DNA of 64,000 nucleotides. It comes from Nitrospirota bacterium. Its GTDB lineage: Bacteria > Nitrospirota > Nitrospiria > 2-01-FULL-66-17. Positions 48,978 to 57,005 of this stretch are shown in pieces. The notes beneath the pieces were generated by a model. The model did no database searches, was not told the DNA's origin, and saw only the letters and a list, made by a program, of their open reading frames with translations. Made by a program: the position numbers and the translations under genes. Position 1 is the stretch's first letter. Each line of letters opens with the position of its first letter. The DNA is taken from NCBI GenBank assembly GCA_049325335.1, contig JBMOMC010000043.1, positions 34,202-98,201 on the forward strand. Reading direction: 5' to 3'.

Positions 48978-51223
48978 CCCGGGCTGAGTCGACGCCGCGT
49001 CATCAGGTACAAAGCCACCCCGGCCAAAATCAGCAGGTCTGCGGCCTGCCACGGCCCCGGAGGGTCGCCGCCGTTCGGAATGATCATCCCGCACCCGCCG
49101 GCTTGGGGCGCGTCGGAAGACGGGGTGTTGTCCGAGACGAGCGAAGCGGACGCGTACACGGTGTTCTGCCGATTGCCGGACCGGTCGTACGACGCGGCCG
49201 AGTAGTAGTAGGTCACGTCGCTGACCAATCCGTGGTGCATCGTCTGCCCCGGTTCGTCCGGGTTCCCGGTAAAGTCGCCCAACAACACGCCGTCGGTCGG
49301 TCCTGACGGGTACCGATCGGTCCGGAACCGAATCTGCACGCCCGCAAAGTCCGCGTCGGACGGGTTGGTCCACGTTAACGTGACGTGGGCCGACGCGCCG
49401 CTCGCCGAAAAATTCTGCACGTCTTGGGGCGGGGTGCTATCGGGCGATGAGGGAATCACGACCGTGATGTCGCCGGACGCGGTCGAGTTGCCCACGGTAT
49501 CCGCGCTCAACACGCGGAGGTGGTAGGTGGCGCCGGGGGTGAGTGCGGACAGGGGCTCACGGTGCGCGGTCAACAGAGTGGCGTTGGCGACGGTGCGTTG
49601 CCCGTAGGCGGTGGTGAGGCCGTATTCAACCTGCGACGTGGCGGCTTCGTTGGTGGACCAGGTCACGACCGCGGAAGTGGGCGTGACGTCCGTGGTCGTC
49701 AGATTGAAAATCGACGGCGGGGTGGTGTCGGGCGCGGCGGAGGTGGTGAAGGTGCGGTTGCCGGAGACGGCGAGGTTGCCGGCGGCATCCGCGCTGCGCA
49801 CACGGTAGTTGTAGGTGGTCGCGGCGAGCAGCCCGCTTACCGTCGCGCTATGGCTGGTCACGAGCGTGGCGTTGAGCGTGGTGGAAGCGCCGTAGGCCGT
49901 GGTGGTGCCGTATTCGACCTGGGTGGTGGCGGCCTCGTTGGAGGTCCAGGTGATGCTGGCGCCGGTGCTGGTGATCGAGCCCGCGCTGATGCCGGTGAGC
50001 GTGGGCGGGGTGGTGTCGGGCGCGGCGGAGGTGGTGAAGACGAAATCCGAGGAGGACGCGTTGTTGCCGGCGGCGTCCACGCTGCGCACGCGGTAGTGGT
50101 ACACCGTGGATGCGGTCAGGCCGGTCAGCGTGATGCTATGGCTGGTCACGCGCACAGCGTCCGAGGATGTCGCGCTGTAGGCGGTGGTCAGGCCGTAGTC
50201 GACCACGGAGGTGGAGACTTCGTTGGTGCTCCAGGTGATCACACTGCTGGTTGCGCTTACGGTGCTGGCCGTGGTTCCGGAGATGACCGGCGGGGTGGTG
50301 TCGGGCGCGGCGGAGGTGGTGAAGGTGAAGTCGCCGGAGAGCGCGGCATTGCCCGCGGCGTCCGCGCTGCGCACGCGGTAATGATACAGGGTGGAGGCGG
50401 CAAGGCCGCTCACCGTCGCGCTGTGGCTGGTCACGAGCGTGGCGTTGAGCGTGGTGGAGGCGCCGTAGGCCGTGGTGGTGCCGTATTCGACCTGGGTGGT
50501 GGCGGCTTCGTTGGAGGTCCAGGTGATGCTGGCGCCGGTGCTGGTGATCGAGCCCGCGCTGATGCCGGTAAGCGTGGGCGGGGTGGTGTCGGGCGCGGCC
50601 GTTGTCGTGAACGTGTAGTCGGACGAGATGGCCACATTGCCGGTTGCGTCAAGACTGAGCACGCGGAAGTGGTACAGGGTGGACGGCGTTAAACCGCTCA
50701 GGGTTCGAGCGTGGGTGGTGACCAGGGTGGAGTCAATGGCCGTGGACGAACCGTAACCGGTCGTGGTCCCGTATTCCGCCGCGGTGGTGGCGGCTTCGTT
50801 GGTGGTCCACGTGAGCGTGGCCCCGGTGGCCGTGATGCCGGATGCGGTGACCGAGGAGATGGTGGGTGGCGTGGTATCGGTCACGATCTTCGTGCCTTCG
50901 TTCGAAGGGGTGCTGCTGTTTCCCACGAGGTCTTGCGCGGTCACGGCAAAGTAGTATGTCCCGGGGCCCAGTCCCGTCACCGTATAGGTGGTCACCATAC
51001 CCACCGGGATCACGGAGGAGTAAACTCCCGAGCTGGTACCGTAGTGGACGGTGTAACCGGCCAAGTCGGACTCGGTGTTGGGGTTCCATGACAATATGGC
51101 GTCCGCTCCAAACGCGGGCGCGGCGCACAGTAGGAGTGACGCGAGGGCCCAAGGGGCCGCGGAGACACACCGGTTGTTCGGCGTATTCGGCGTGTGATGA
51201 GCGTTTTGACAATGACGATACAT
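48956..51223 (-). CDS. Thr/Ser-rich surface protein with 7 fibronectin type III domains and a C-terminal GGCG-TM-RRR sorting signal
   Basis: Signal peptide, repeated DTTPP...W.TNE..T..VEYG.TT.Y...H...L.GL...T.Y.YRV.S.D.AGN, C-terminal AGGCGMIIPNGGDPPGPWQAADLLILAGVALYLMTRRR. Confidence 0.88.
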   Translation of the reverse strand: MYRHCQNAHHTPNTPNNRCVSAAPWALASLLLCAAPAFGADAILSWNPNTESDLAGYTVHYGTSSGVYSSVIPVGMVTTYTVTGLGPGTYYFAVTAQDLVGNSSTPSNEGTKIVTDTTPPTISSVTASGITATGATLTWTTNEAATTAAEYGTTTGYGSSTAIDSTLVTTHARTLSGLTPSTLYHFRVLSLDATGNVAISSDYTFTTTAAPDTTPPTLTGISAGSITSTGASITWTSNEAATTQVEYGTTTAYGASTTLNATLVTSHSATVSGLAASTLYHYRVRSADAAGNAALSGDFTFTTSAAPDTTPPVISGTTASTVSATSSVITWSTNEVSTSVVDYGLTTAYSATSSDAVRVTSHSITLTGLTASTVYHYRVRSVDAAGNNASSSDFVFTTSAAPDTTPPTLTGISAGSITSTGASITWTSNEAATTQVEYGTTTAYGASTTLNATLVTSHSATVSGLLAATTYNYRVRSADAAGNLAVSGNRTFTTSAAPDTTPPSIFNLTTTDVTPTSAVVTWSTNEAATSQVEYGLTTAYGQRTVANATLLTAHREPLSALTPGATYHLRVLSADTVGNSTASGDITVVIPSSPDSTPPQDVQNFSASGASAHVTLTWTNPSDADFAGVQIRFRTDRYPSGPTDGVLLGDFTGNPDEPGQTMHHGLVSDVTYYYSAASYDRSGNRQNTVYASASLVSDNTPSSDAPQAGGCGMIIPNGGDPPGPWQAADLLILAGVALYLMTRRRLSPGYRAATL
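49833..50599. repeat. two near-identical 194-bp copies (49833-50026 and 50406-50599) inside the FN3 gene
   Basis: Offset 573 bp. Identical peptide APDTTPPTLTG...ATVSG with only a few synonymous differences. Confidence 0.85.
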
Positions 51224-51308
51224 GACACTGACCTCTTTTCGCATGCGGTGTACTCGTGTCCGGTGCGCCCAACCACGTCCCGGGCGCCTTGCTCAGGGCG
51301 TCTCTAAG

Positions 51309-51324
51309 AGCAAACCTGGTGCCA
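51309..51324 (-). promoter_or_regulatory. sigma54 (-24/-12) promoter of the FN3 surface protein gene
   Basis: Minus strand TGGCAC-CAGGT-TTGCT matches the TGGCAC-N5-TTGCW consensus. Confidence 0.8.
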
Positions 51325-51636
51325 GCAACCGCGCACGTTGAAAACCGCTGTATTGACGGCGCGATTGCCGCGCGGGCGCGCGTGAATCATGGTGGTGCGG
51401 AAGCGGTTGCTTTGAATTGGCGGTCGAAATCCGTGATTCGGATTACCGTTCAGTCGTTCAGTTTGAGGCCGTGGGTGTTGACCGGGGGGATGGGGCGCGG
51501 TGCGTGCGCTGCCGGAATCTCACCGATGGCCGGTGGATTCCGCCAGGTTTCCAGCACGGGCCGCGTTGAACGTGTGGGGCGTCTTCCGCCGATAGCCTCT
51601 CGATTTTTTCGTCGTGACATGATATGGGCAGGGGTG

Positions 51637-52194
51637 ATGCCGAGGTCGATTTCAGGGATCGGCGGATCGCCGCCGGGAGATCAAGACCGGACCACGGGCG
51701 CGGCCCATCGTCTTGCGGCGGCGCATATCGAGCCGCCGCCGATCACCGAGGCGCTGTCGGCTCACTGCGCGTGTATAGCCGCGAGTTTTCGTCGCTGGAT
51801 CGGTCGCGACCTCATTGACGCTCCGGTAGCCGATCACGACCTCGTAGCCAGGTTGTTCGACGCTCCATTTGCCCTACTCGCCCACGGAACCGAAGCGGAC
51901 CCGATGCTGACTTACGGAAACCGGATGGCGTTGACATTGTGGGAGACGACGTGGGATCGGTTTACCCGCATGCCGTCCCGGCTCACGGCCGAACCCCAGG
52001 CGCGTGATGAGCGGGCGCGCGTACTCGCGGGCGTCACCCGACGAGGGTACGTGGAGAACTATCGCGGGGTTCGCGTGTCGCAGACCGGGCGTCGGTTCCA
52101 CATCGAGCGCGCGGTGGTTTGGGTGCTGGTGGATCCGTCGGGTCGAGCGGTCGGACAAGCCGCCATGGTCGATACCTGGACCGACCTGGGTTAA
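51637..52194 (+). CDS. stand-alone MEKHLA (PAS-like) domain protein
   Basis: SF.R..GRDL, LF.APF.LL.HGT..DP...YGN..AL.LWE..W..F..MPSRLTAEP, Y.GVR.S.TGRRF.IE.A.VW, GQAA. Start uncertain. Confidence 0.85.
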   Translation: MPRSISGIGGSPPGDQDRTTGAAHRLAAAHIEPPPITEALSAHCACIAASFRRWIGRDLIDAPVADHDLVARLFDAPFALLAHGTEADPMLTYGNRMALTLWETTWDRFTRMPSRLTAEPQARDERARVLAGVTRRGYVENYRGVRVSQTGRRFHIERAVVWVLVDPSGRAVGQAAMVDTWTDLG

Positions 52195-52206
52195 CCGTAC
52201 CGACGC

Positions 52207-52500
52207 ATGGCGCGGTTGACCGTCAAAGTCGTTCCCAAATCATCTCGAAACCGTGTGGTCGGCCGGCTCGGTGATGCCGTGAAGGTGACGGTGACCGCTG
52301 CGCCCGAAGGCGGTCGAGCCAATGCCGCGGTGGCGGACCTGCTGGCCGCGTGCCTTGACGTGCCGGTCTCCGGCGTGCGGTGCGTTGCCGGGCACGCGTC
52401 CGCACGAAAACTCTTTGAGATCGCGGGACTCACCGAACGGCAAGTGAACGCGCGGCTCGATGCCTTGATCGCCGACTCCGAGCACGCTACGTCTGAGTAG
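52207..52500 (+). CDS. DUF167 (YggU/UPF0235) family protein
   Basis: VKVVPKSSR, KV.VTAAPEGGRAN, GH.SARK. Confidence 0.88.
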   Translation: MARLTVKVVPKSSRNRVVGRLGDAVKVTVTAAPEGGRANAAVADLLAACLDVPVSGVRCVAGHASARKLFEIAGLTERQVNARLDALIADSEHATSE

Positions 52501-52767
52501 CCGAGACCCGCGTACGACCGTCACGTGTCGTCTTCATCGTTCCTTAATTATCTCCCTGGTACACTCTGCGCGTGTTCGACGCCACCCGTATACCGGTGCG
52601 GTCAATGGTGCGCGGCGTCGTAGATGGGCCAAGAACTTGGCAACGTGGAGGTGCGGTTGACGGAATGTTGATACTCTAGTCCGCGGAAATTTTCGTACTC
52701 CGAGCCGCCAAACCTGTAATTTCCATAGGAGGCGGGGCATGAGTTCGGCTCCTATCAAGATTGGGGC

Positions 52768-52783
52768 TGGTACGCGAATTGCT
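52768..52783 (+). promoter_or_regulatory. sigma54 (-24/-12) promoter of the multiheme cytochrome operon
   Basis: TGGTAC-GCGAA-TTGCT, 78 nt before the ATG at 52861. Confidence 0.72.
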
Positions 52784-52860
52784 TTCCTTACAGCCGGTGC
52801 TGTATCGACCAAACAGAATGAACAAGCAGTGATATCTAATACAATGTGAGGATCCGAAGA

Positions 52861-53994
52861 ATGTCCAGAGAGCGACAGACGATTCATTGGGGCGCACAGA
52901 TCGGAGCCGTGGTTGTTGCTGGGTTCATGGCGTGGATCGGATGGGGGGCGCTGGTCGGGCACGCGGCTGCGCCGTCTCCATCGTTCGACCATGACCGGAC
53001 CTTGTTCCCGCTCACCGGGCAACATCGACAGGTCCAGTGCGAGGGATGTCATACCGGCGGACGATACGAGAACCTGCCGACTCAATGCGTGGCCTGTCAC
53101 AATGGCCAGCGCGCTCCAGGGAAGCCATCCAGTCATGTCGTGACCACGGCGCAGTGCGATACCTGCCATACCACGACAAGTTTTGCAGGAGCGGGATTTG
53201 CGCACGACGCGTCGGCGGCGGGGCGGTGCGACACGTGCCACAACGGACGGACGGCGATGGGGAAGCCGTCCAGCCATATCGCGACCACGGCGCAGTGTGA
53301 CACGTGCCATACCACGCGGAGCTTCGAGGGCGCGGGGTATACGCACGACGCGAGCGCGACGGGGCGGTGCGACACGTGCCACAACGGACGGACGGCGATC
53401 GGGAAGGGGTCCGGGCACATCGCGACCACGGCGCAGTGCGATACGTGCCATACCACGACAAGTTTTGCGGGAGCGGGATTTGCGCACGACGCGTCGGCGG
53501 CGGGGCGGTGCGACACGTGCCATAACGGACGGACGGCTCCCGGCAAGCCGTCCGGGCACATCGCGACCACGGCGCAGTGTGATACGTGCCACAACACCAG
53601 GAGTTTCTCGGGGGCGACGTTTCGGCACGACGCGTCGGCGGCGGGGCGGTGCGACACGTGCCACAACGGACGGGCAGCTCCCGGCAAGCCGTCCGGGCAC
53701 ATTGCGACTACGGCGCAGTGCGATCAATGCCACCGGACAACGGCGTGGACGCCCGCGACCTACGCGAGCCATGCCAACCCGTTGCTGATCGGCGGACACT
53801 CCGGTCTCGACTGCAGTGTCTGCCATCCGCAATCGTTCACGTCCGCGTTTTATCGCGACGGCGTGCAATTCGGCTTTTGTTCCAATTGCCACCGCCGGGA
53901 CTATGACCCAGGGAGGGATCAACACAACAACGCCAGCCTGCAGGTCAACGCCAACTGCGCCAATTGCCACGAACATGCGGGCTATCGGTGGTAA
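52861..53994 (+). CDS. 14-heme c-type cytochrome built from 47-aa di-heme repeats (putative extracellular/outer MHC)
   Basis: 14 CxxCH counted. N-terminal signal/TM. Repeat GKPSxHIATTAQCDTCHxxxSFxGAxFxHDASAxGRCDTCHNGRxA. GAGGA SD. Confidence 0.92.
   Translation: MSRERQTIHWGAQIGAVVVAGFMAWIGWGALVGHAAAPSPSFDHDRTLFPLTGQHRQVQCEGCHTGGRYENLPTQCVACHNGQRAPGKPSSHVVTTAQCDTCHTTTSFAGAGFAHDASAAGRCDTCHNGRTAMGKPSSHIATTAQCDTCHTTRSFEGAGYTHDASATGRCDTCHNGRTAIGKGSGHIATTAQCDTCHTTTSFAGAGFAHDASAAGRCDTCHNGRTAPGKPSGHIATTAQCDTCHNTRSFSGATFRHDASAAGRCDTCHNGRAAPGKPSGHIATTAQCDQCHRTTAWTPATYASHANPLLIGGHSGLDCSVCHPQSFTSAFYRDGVQFGFCSNCHRRDYDPGRDQHNNASLQVNANCANCHEHAGYRW
53119..53733 (+). repeat. intragenic tandem repeat, 141-bp unit, about 4.4 copies
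   Basis: Units start at 53119, 53260, 53401, 53542 and 53683, in frame with the cytochrome. Confidence 0.9.
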
Positions 53995-55679
53995 TGAGAC
54001 CCAAGGTCCATTGGTTGGCATCGGCGCTGCTGTGCGGCGCACTGGTGGTCCAGGGCTGCGGAGGGCCGACCAAACGGTTGCCGCCCGCGCCTCGATTCTC
54101 CAACGCCGAAATCGAAGCGTCGTATAAGAACGGGGAAGAGGCCTTGCTCAACGGTGACTACGTGAAAGCTCGTCGGGTGTTGATGCAGATCATTTCTCGA
54201 TTTCCCGGTGAAAACGATTTGGCGCAGGTCCAGTGGTTGATGGCCAAGACCTACGACATGGAGAACCGTCCGGTCGAAGCCGTGGCCGAATATAAGCGGT
54301 TCGTGGCCAACTACCCCGACCACCCCAACGCGCAGGACGCGGACGACCGAATCCGTCATCTGGAACAAGCGGCGCGGCCGAAGCCGAGCAAACCGGTCCG
54401 CGTGGTCGGGTCGCTGTCAACGGATTACGAATACGCCGAAGACTTGAGCCCAGAGCCCCTGACCACGCTGAACCGCGTGACCACGCGGCTCGACGCCCAG
54501 ATTCGCAATCTTGACGAGGGACGGGGGAAAGTGGTGGTGAGCGCGCTGCGGTCATTCGATTTGCAAGACCAGGGTGACGATCGCGCTCGGCTTCAGAAGT
54601 TGTATGGGGACTGGCGCAATCCGGCCGATCGATGGTCGGTGAGAATCGGGCGTCAGCCGTCCACCCCCGGAGCGCTTTCGACGCGGTACGACGGGGCCGA
54701 ACTCCATTACCGAGTCATTCCAACGGTGGCGTTCGACGTTGCCGCGGGTTTCCCGGTGGATTTTTTCCGCAGCGGCGCGTTGTCCACCGACGCGCGATTC
54801 TACGAAGCCGGGCTCACTGCGGCCGATGTCGGCGGCGCCACCGGCCGGATCTACGCAATCCGGCAGTTTGCCGAAGACGTCCTCGACCGTGAGGCGGTGG
54901 GCGGCAACTTCCAGGGGGGGTGGGGACGGTTCGGCGCGAACGGCAACGCGGACTACGATATCAACTTCGGGGAGTTTAATGACCGGTTCCTTTCGATAGA
55001 GTACGCGCTCCGGGAATCACTCACCGTCACGCTCGCCCGCGATGCGCGAAACGATCCATACCTTCAGATGAGCACCGCGCTGCTCGATGATACCGCCACG
55101 GCGGCGACCCCGCCCATTACCACCGTGTCTGATTTGCTGGCGCTGGCGGGACAAAACGAGGACACGGTCAGAGACATGGCTCGAAACCACACGATCGATT
55201 CAACCGACTCGCGGGTCGGGCTTCGGTGGACGATCGGCCCGCACTGGTTGTCCACGGCGGATTATTCCCATACCGTCAGCCAGATCCCGCAGGCGGGCGG
55301 GGGCCGAACCCGACAAACGTTCGACCGGGTATCACTCTACGCGGCTCAGTCGAACGCGTGGCGCTTCCCGGATACGACATCCGCGTTGATCATCCATCAG
55401 ACCGGGTCGGAGTTGGTCATCGACACGGTATCGCTCGTCGCCGGGGAACGGCTCGCGCCGTCGCTCCTGCTCCAACTAAAGGCCCGCGTGGAATACACGG
55501 GTTTTAAGAACGGAAGCGCGACAGATTCCATTCGGTACGTACCGGGCGTCGCGCTGAACATGGAACCCACGCGGTTTCTGTTGTTGACGGCCGAGGGCGA
55601 GTATACTCACGAAAACCGGTTCTATATGCCCGGGCGTACCGCGATCTTGTCGCGGTTGAACGTCACCGTGCTGTTTTAA
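53994..55679 (+). CDS. lipoprotein with BamD/YfiO-like TPR domain fused to a predicted outer-membrane beta-barrel (porin)
   Basis: Lipobox VQGC, TPR (Y..G...L..GDY..A...FP, A..EY..FV.NYP.HP.A.DA), then amphipathic strands (SVRIGRQ, YDGAELHYR) ending ...LNVTVLF with terminal Phe. TAATG overlap with the upstream gene. Confidence 0.8.
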   Translation: MRPKVHWLASALLCGALVVQGCGGPTKRLPPAPRFSNAEIEASYKNGEEALLNGDYVKARRVLMQIISRFPGENDLAQVQWLMAKTYDMENRPVEAVAEYKRFVANYPDHPNAQDADDRIRHLEQAARPKPSKPVRVVGSLSTDYEYAEDLSPEPLTTLNRVTTRLDAQIRNLDEGRGKVVVSALRSFDLQDQGDDRARLQKLYGDWRNPADRWSVRIGRQPSTPGALSTRYDGAELHYRVIPTVAFDVAAGFPVDFFRSGALSTDARFYEAGLTAADVGGATGRIYAIRQFAEDVLDREAVGGNFQGGWGRFGANGNADYDINFGEFNDRFLSIEYALRESLTVTLARDARNDPYLQMSTALLDDTATAATPPITTVSDLLALAGQNEDTVRDMARNHTIDSTDSRVGLRWTIGPHWLSTADYSHTVSQIPQAGGGRTRQTFDRVSLYAAQSNAWRFPDTTSALIIHQTGSELVIDTVSLVAGERLAPSLLLQLKARVEYTGFKNGSATDSIRYVPGVALNMEPTRFLLLTAEGEYTHENRFYMPGRTAILSRLNVTVLF

Positions 55680-55739
55680 CGGCGACAATCGTCGCCCGCG
55701 GGTCCAGAGGGTCCGCGTCACCAACAAGGAGGATATGGG

Positions 55740-56045
55740 ATGCCGAAAGAATACGCCGTGGCCAAGGTCGCCGAGGTGGGACCGGGCGCGCGCAAGCTGG
55801 TGTCGGTGAACGGCGCCAACGTCGTGCTCGTGAATCAGGGCGGAGCATTCTACGCGATCAACAACGAGTGCCCGCACGAGGGCAACCCCCTCTGCGACGG
55901 GGAGCTCAAGGGCTGCGCGATCGTCTGCCCCACGCACGAGTGGGAATTTTCGCTCAAGACCGGGGAGTCCGACGAGCACCCGGGATTTCAGGTCGATACC
56001 TATCCCGTGCGCGTGGACGGCGCCGAGCTCAAAATCACGATGTGA
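55740..56045 (+). CDS. Rieske [2Fe-2S] ferredoxin (small, no signal peptide)
   Basis: CPHEG and CPTH boxes, F...TGE. AAGGAGG SD. Confidence 0.92.
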   Translation: MPKEYAVAKVAEVGPGARKLVSVNGANVVLVNQGGAFYAINNECPHEGNPLCDGELKGCAIVCPTHEWEFSLKTGESDEHPGFQVDTYPVRVDGAELKITM

Positions 56046-56104
56046 CGGGGCTGGAACGAGCCGGGAATCATCACGGTCAGTGGGCCCGAAAGGAATAGCC
56101 TGAA

Positions 56105-57001
56105 GTGGATGCCGCAGTTTCTCAAACCGACGTTGCTCCGATCCGCCTGCAATGGATGCGGCCATCGTCCGCCGCGCTCACCGCGCTCAAGTACCTGGGG
56201 TTCACGCTCATCTGGGGCGTGGGCCCCGTGTATGTCATGGCGTTCGAACCGTATGAATCCGAATCCTGGTTCGGGTTGGTGCTCGGGATCGCGGGCCTCT
56301 CCTGCATGCTCGTGGGAGCGGTTATGTACGTGGTGCGTAAACATGTGGCCCGGTTCAAAAAAATCGGCAAACTGAACACGTGGTTGTCCGTCCACATCGC
56401 CTTGTGTTTGGCGGGGCCCACGTTCATCATGTACCATGCGACGTTTAATATTTTGGCGCCGAATTCCGGGGTCGCGATTTATAGCATGTTGATCGTGGTG
56501 GGCAGCGGCCTGTTCGGCAAGTACATCCACGGCCATGTCCTGCAGACCCTGGGCGGCGAACGGGCGGGCCTCAAGCAAATCGAGAAACAGCGAACGCTGA
56601 TCGACCTGGACGTTGCGGGTCAGAACGGCGTGCCGCAGAGCCTGCTGCAGAAGATCCAACAGTTCTTCGAAGTCCGGACCACGAGCAAACACGTCGGGGT
56701 GGTCAAGTCGTTCTACCTGTTGGGCAAACTGGATTGGCTCGAGCGCCGGATTCTCCGGCAGGCCTCGGAGGAGTTCAAGGCCGTACTGCTCGCGCGTCGC
56801 GAGCTGCGGCCGCAGCAGCGGGCGACGCTCGAAGTCGACGGGCTCCAGGGCCTGGCGATCAAAACCGGTTTTGAAAAACGCATTGCCTTAATGGAGGCGA
56901 CCGAACGTGCCTTTCGTTTCTGGCACCATTTGCACGTGCCGCTCTTGGTCGTCCTGGTGCTGACCGTGTTGGCCCACCTCACGGCGGTCCTGCTCTTCTA
57001 G
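56105..57001 (+). CDS. inner-membrane protein with two His pairs, putative di-heme b (ferric reductase-like)
   Basis: About 5 TM helices. WLSVH-x13-H in one helix and HLH-x13-H in the last helix. Confidence 0.7.
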   Translation: MDAAVSQTDVAPIRLQWMRPSSAALTALKYLGFTLIWGVGPVYVMAFEPYESESWFGLVLGIAGLSCMLVGAVMYVVRKHVARFKKIGKLNTWLSVHIALCLAGPTFIMYHATFNILAPNSGVAIYSMLIVVGSGLFGKYIHGHVLQTLGGERAGLKQIEKQRTLIDLDVAGQNGVPQSLLQKIQQFFEVRTTSKHVGVVKSFYLLGKLDWLERRILRQASEEFKAVLLARRELRPQQRATLEVDGLQGLAIKTGFEKRIALMEATERAFRFWHHLHVPLLVVLVLTVLAHLTAVLLF

Positions 57002-57005
57002 CCGT

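Noticed and set aside
53119..53733. Regular repeats resembling a CRISPR array
   Set aside because: They are contiguous 141-bp in-frame coding repeats with no unique spacers, and no cas genes are present.
52534..54042. Long antisense ORF with Arg/Pro-rich repeats (also 49520-50692, 57372-58349 and 649-1974)
   Set aside because: Shadow frames of real genes in high-GC DNA, with no recognisable motifs.
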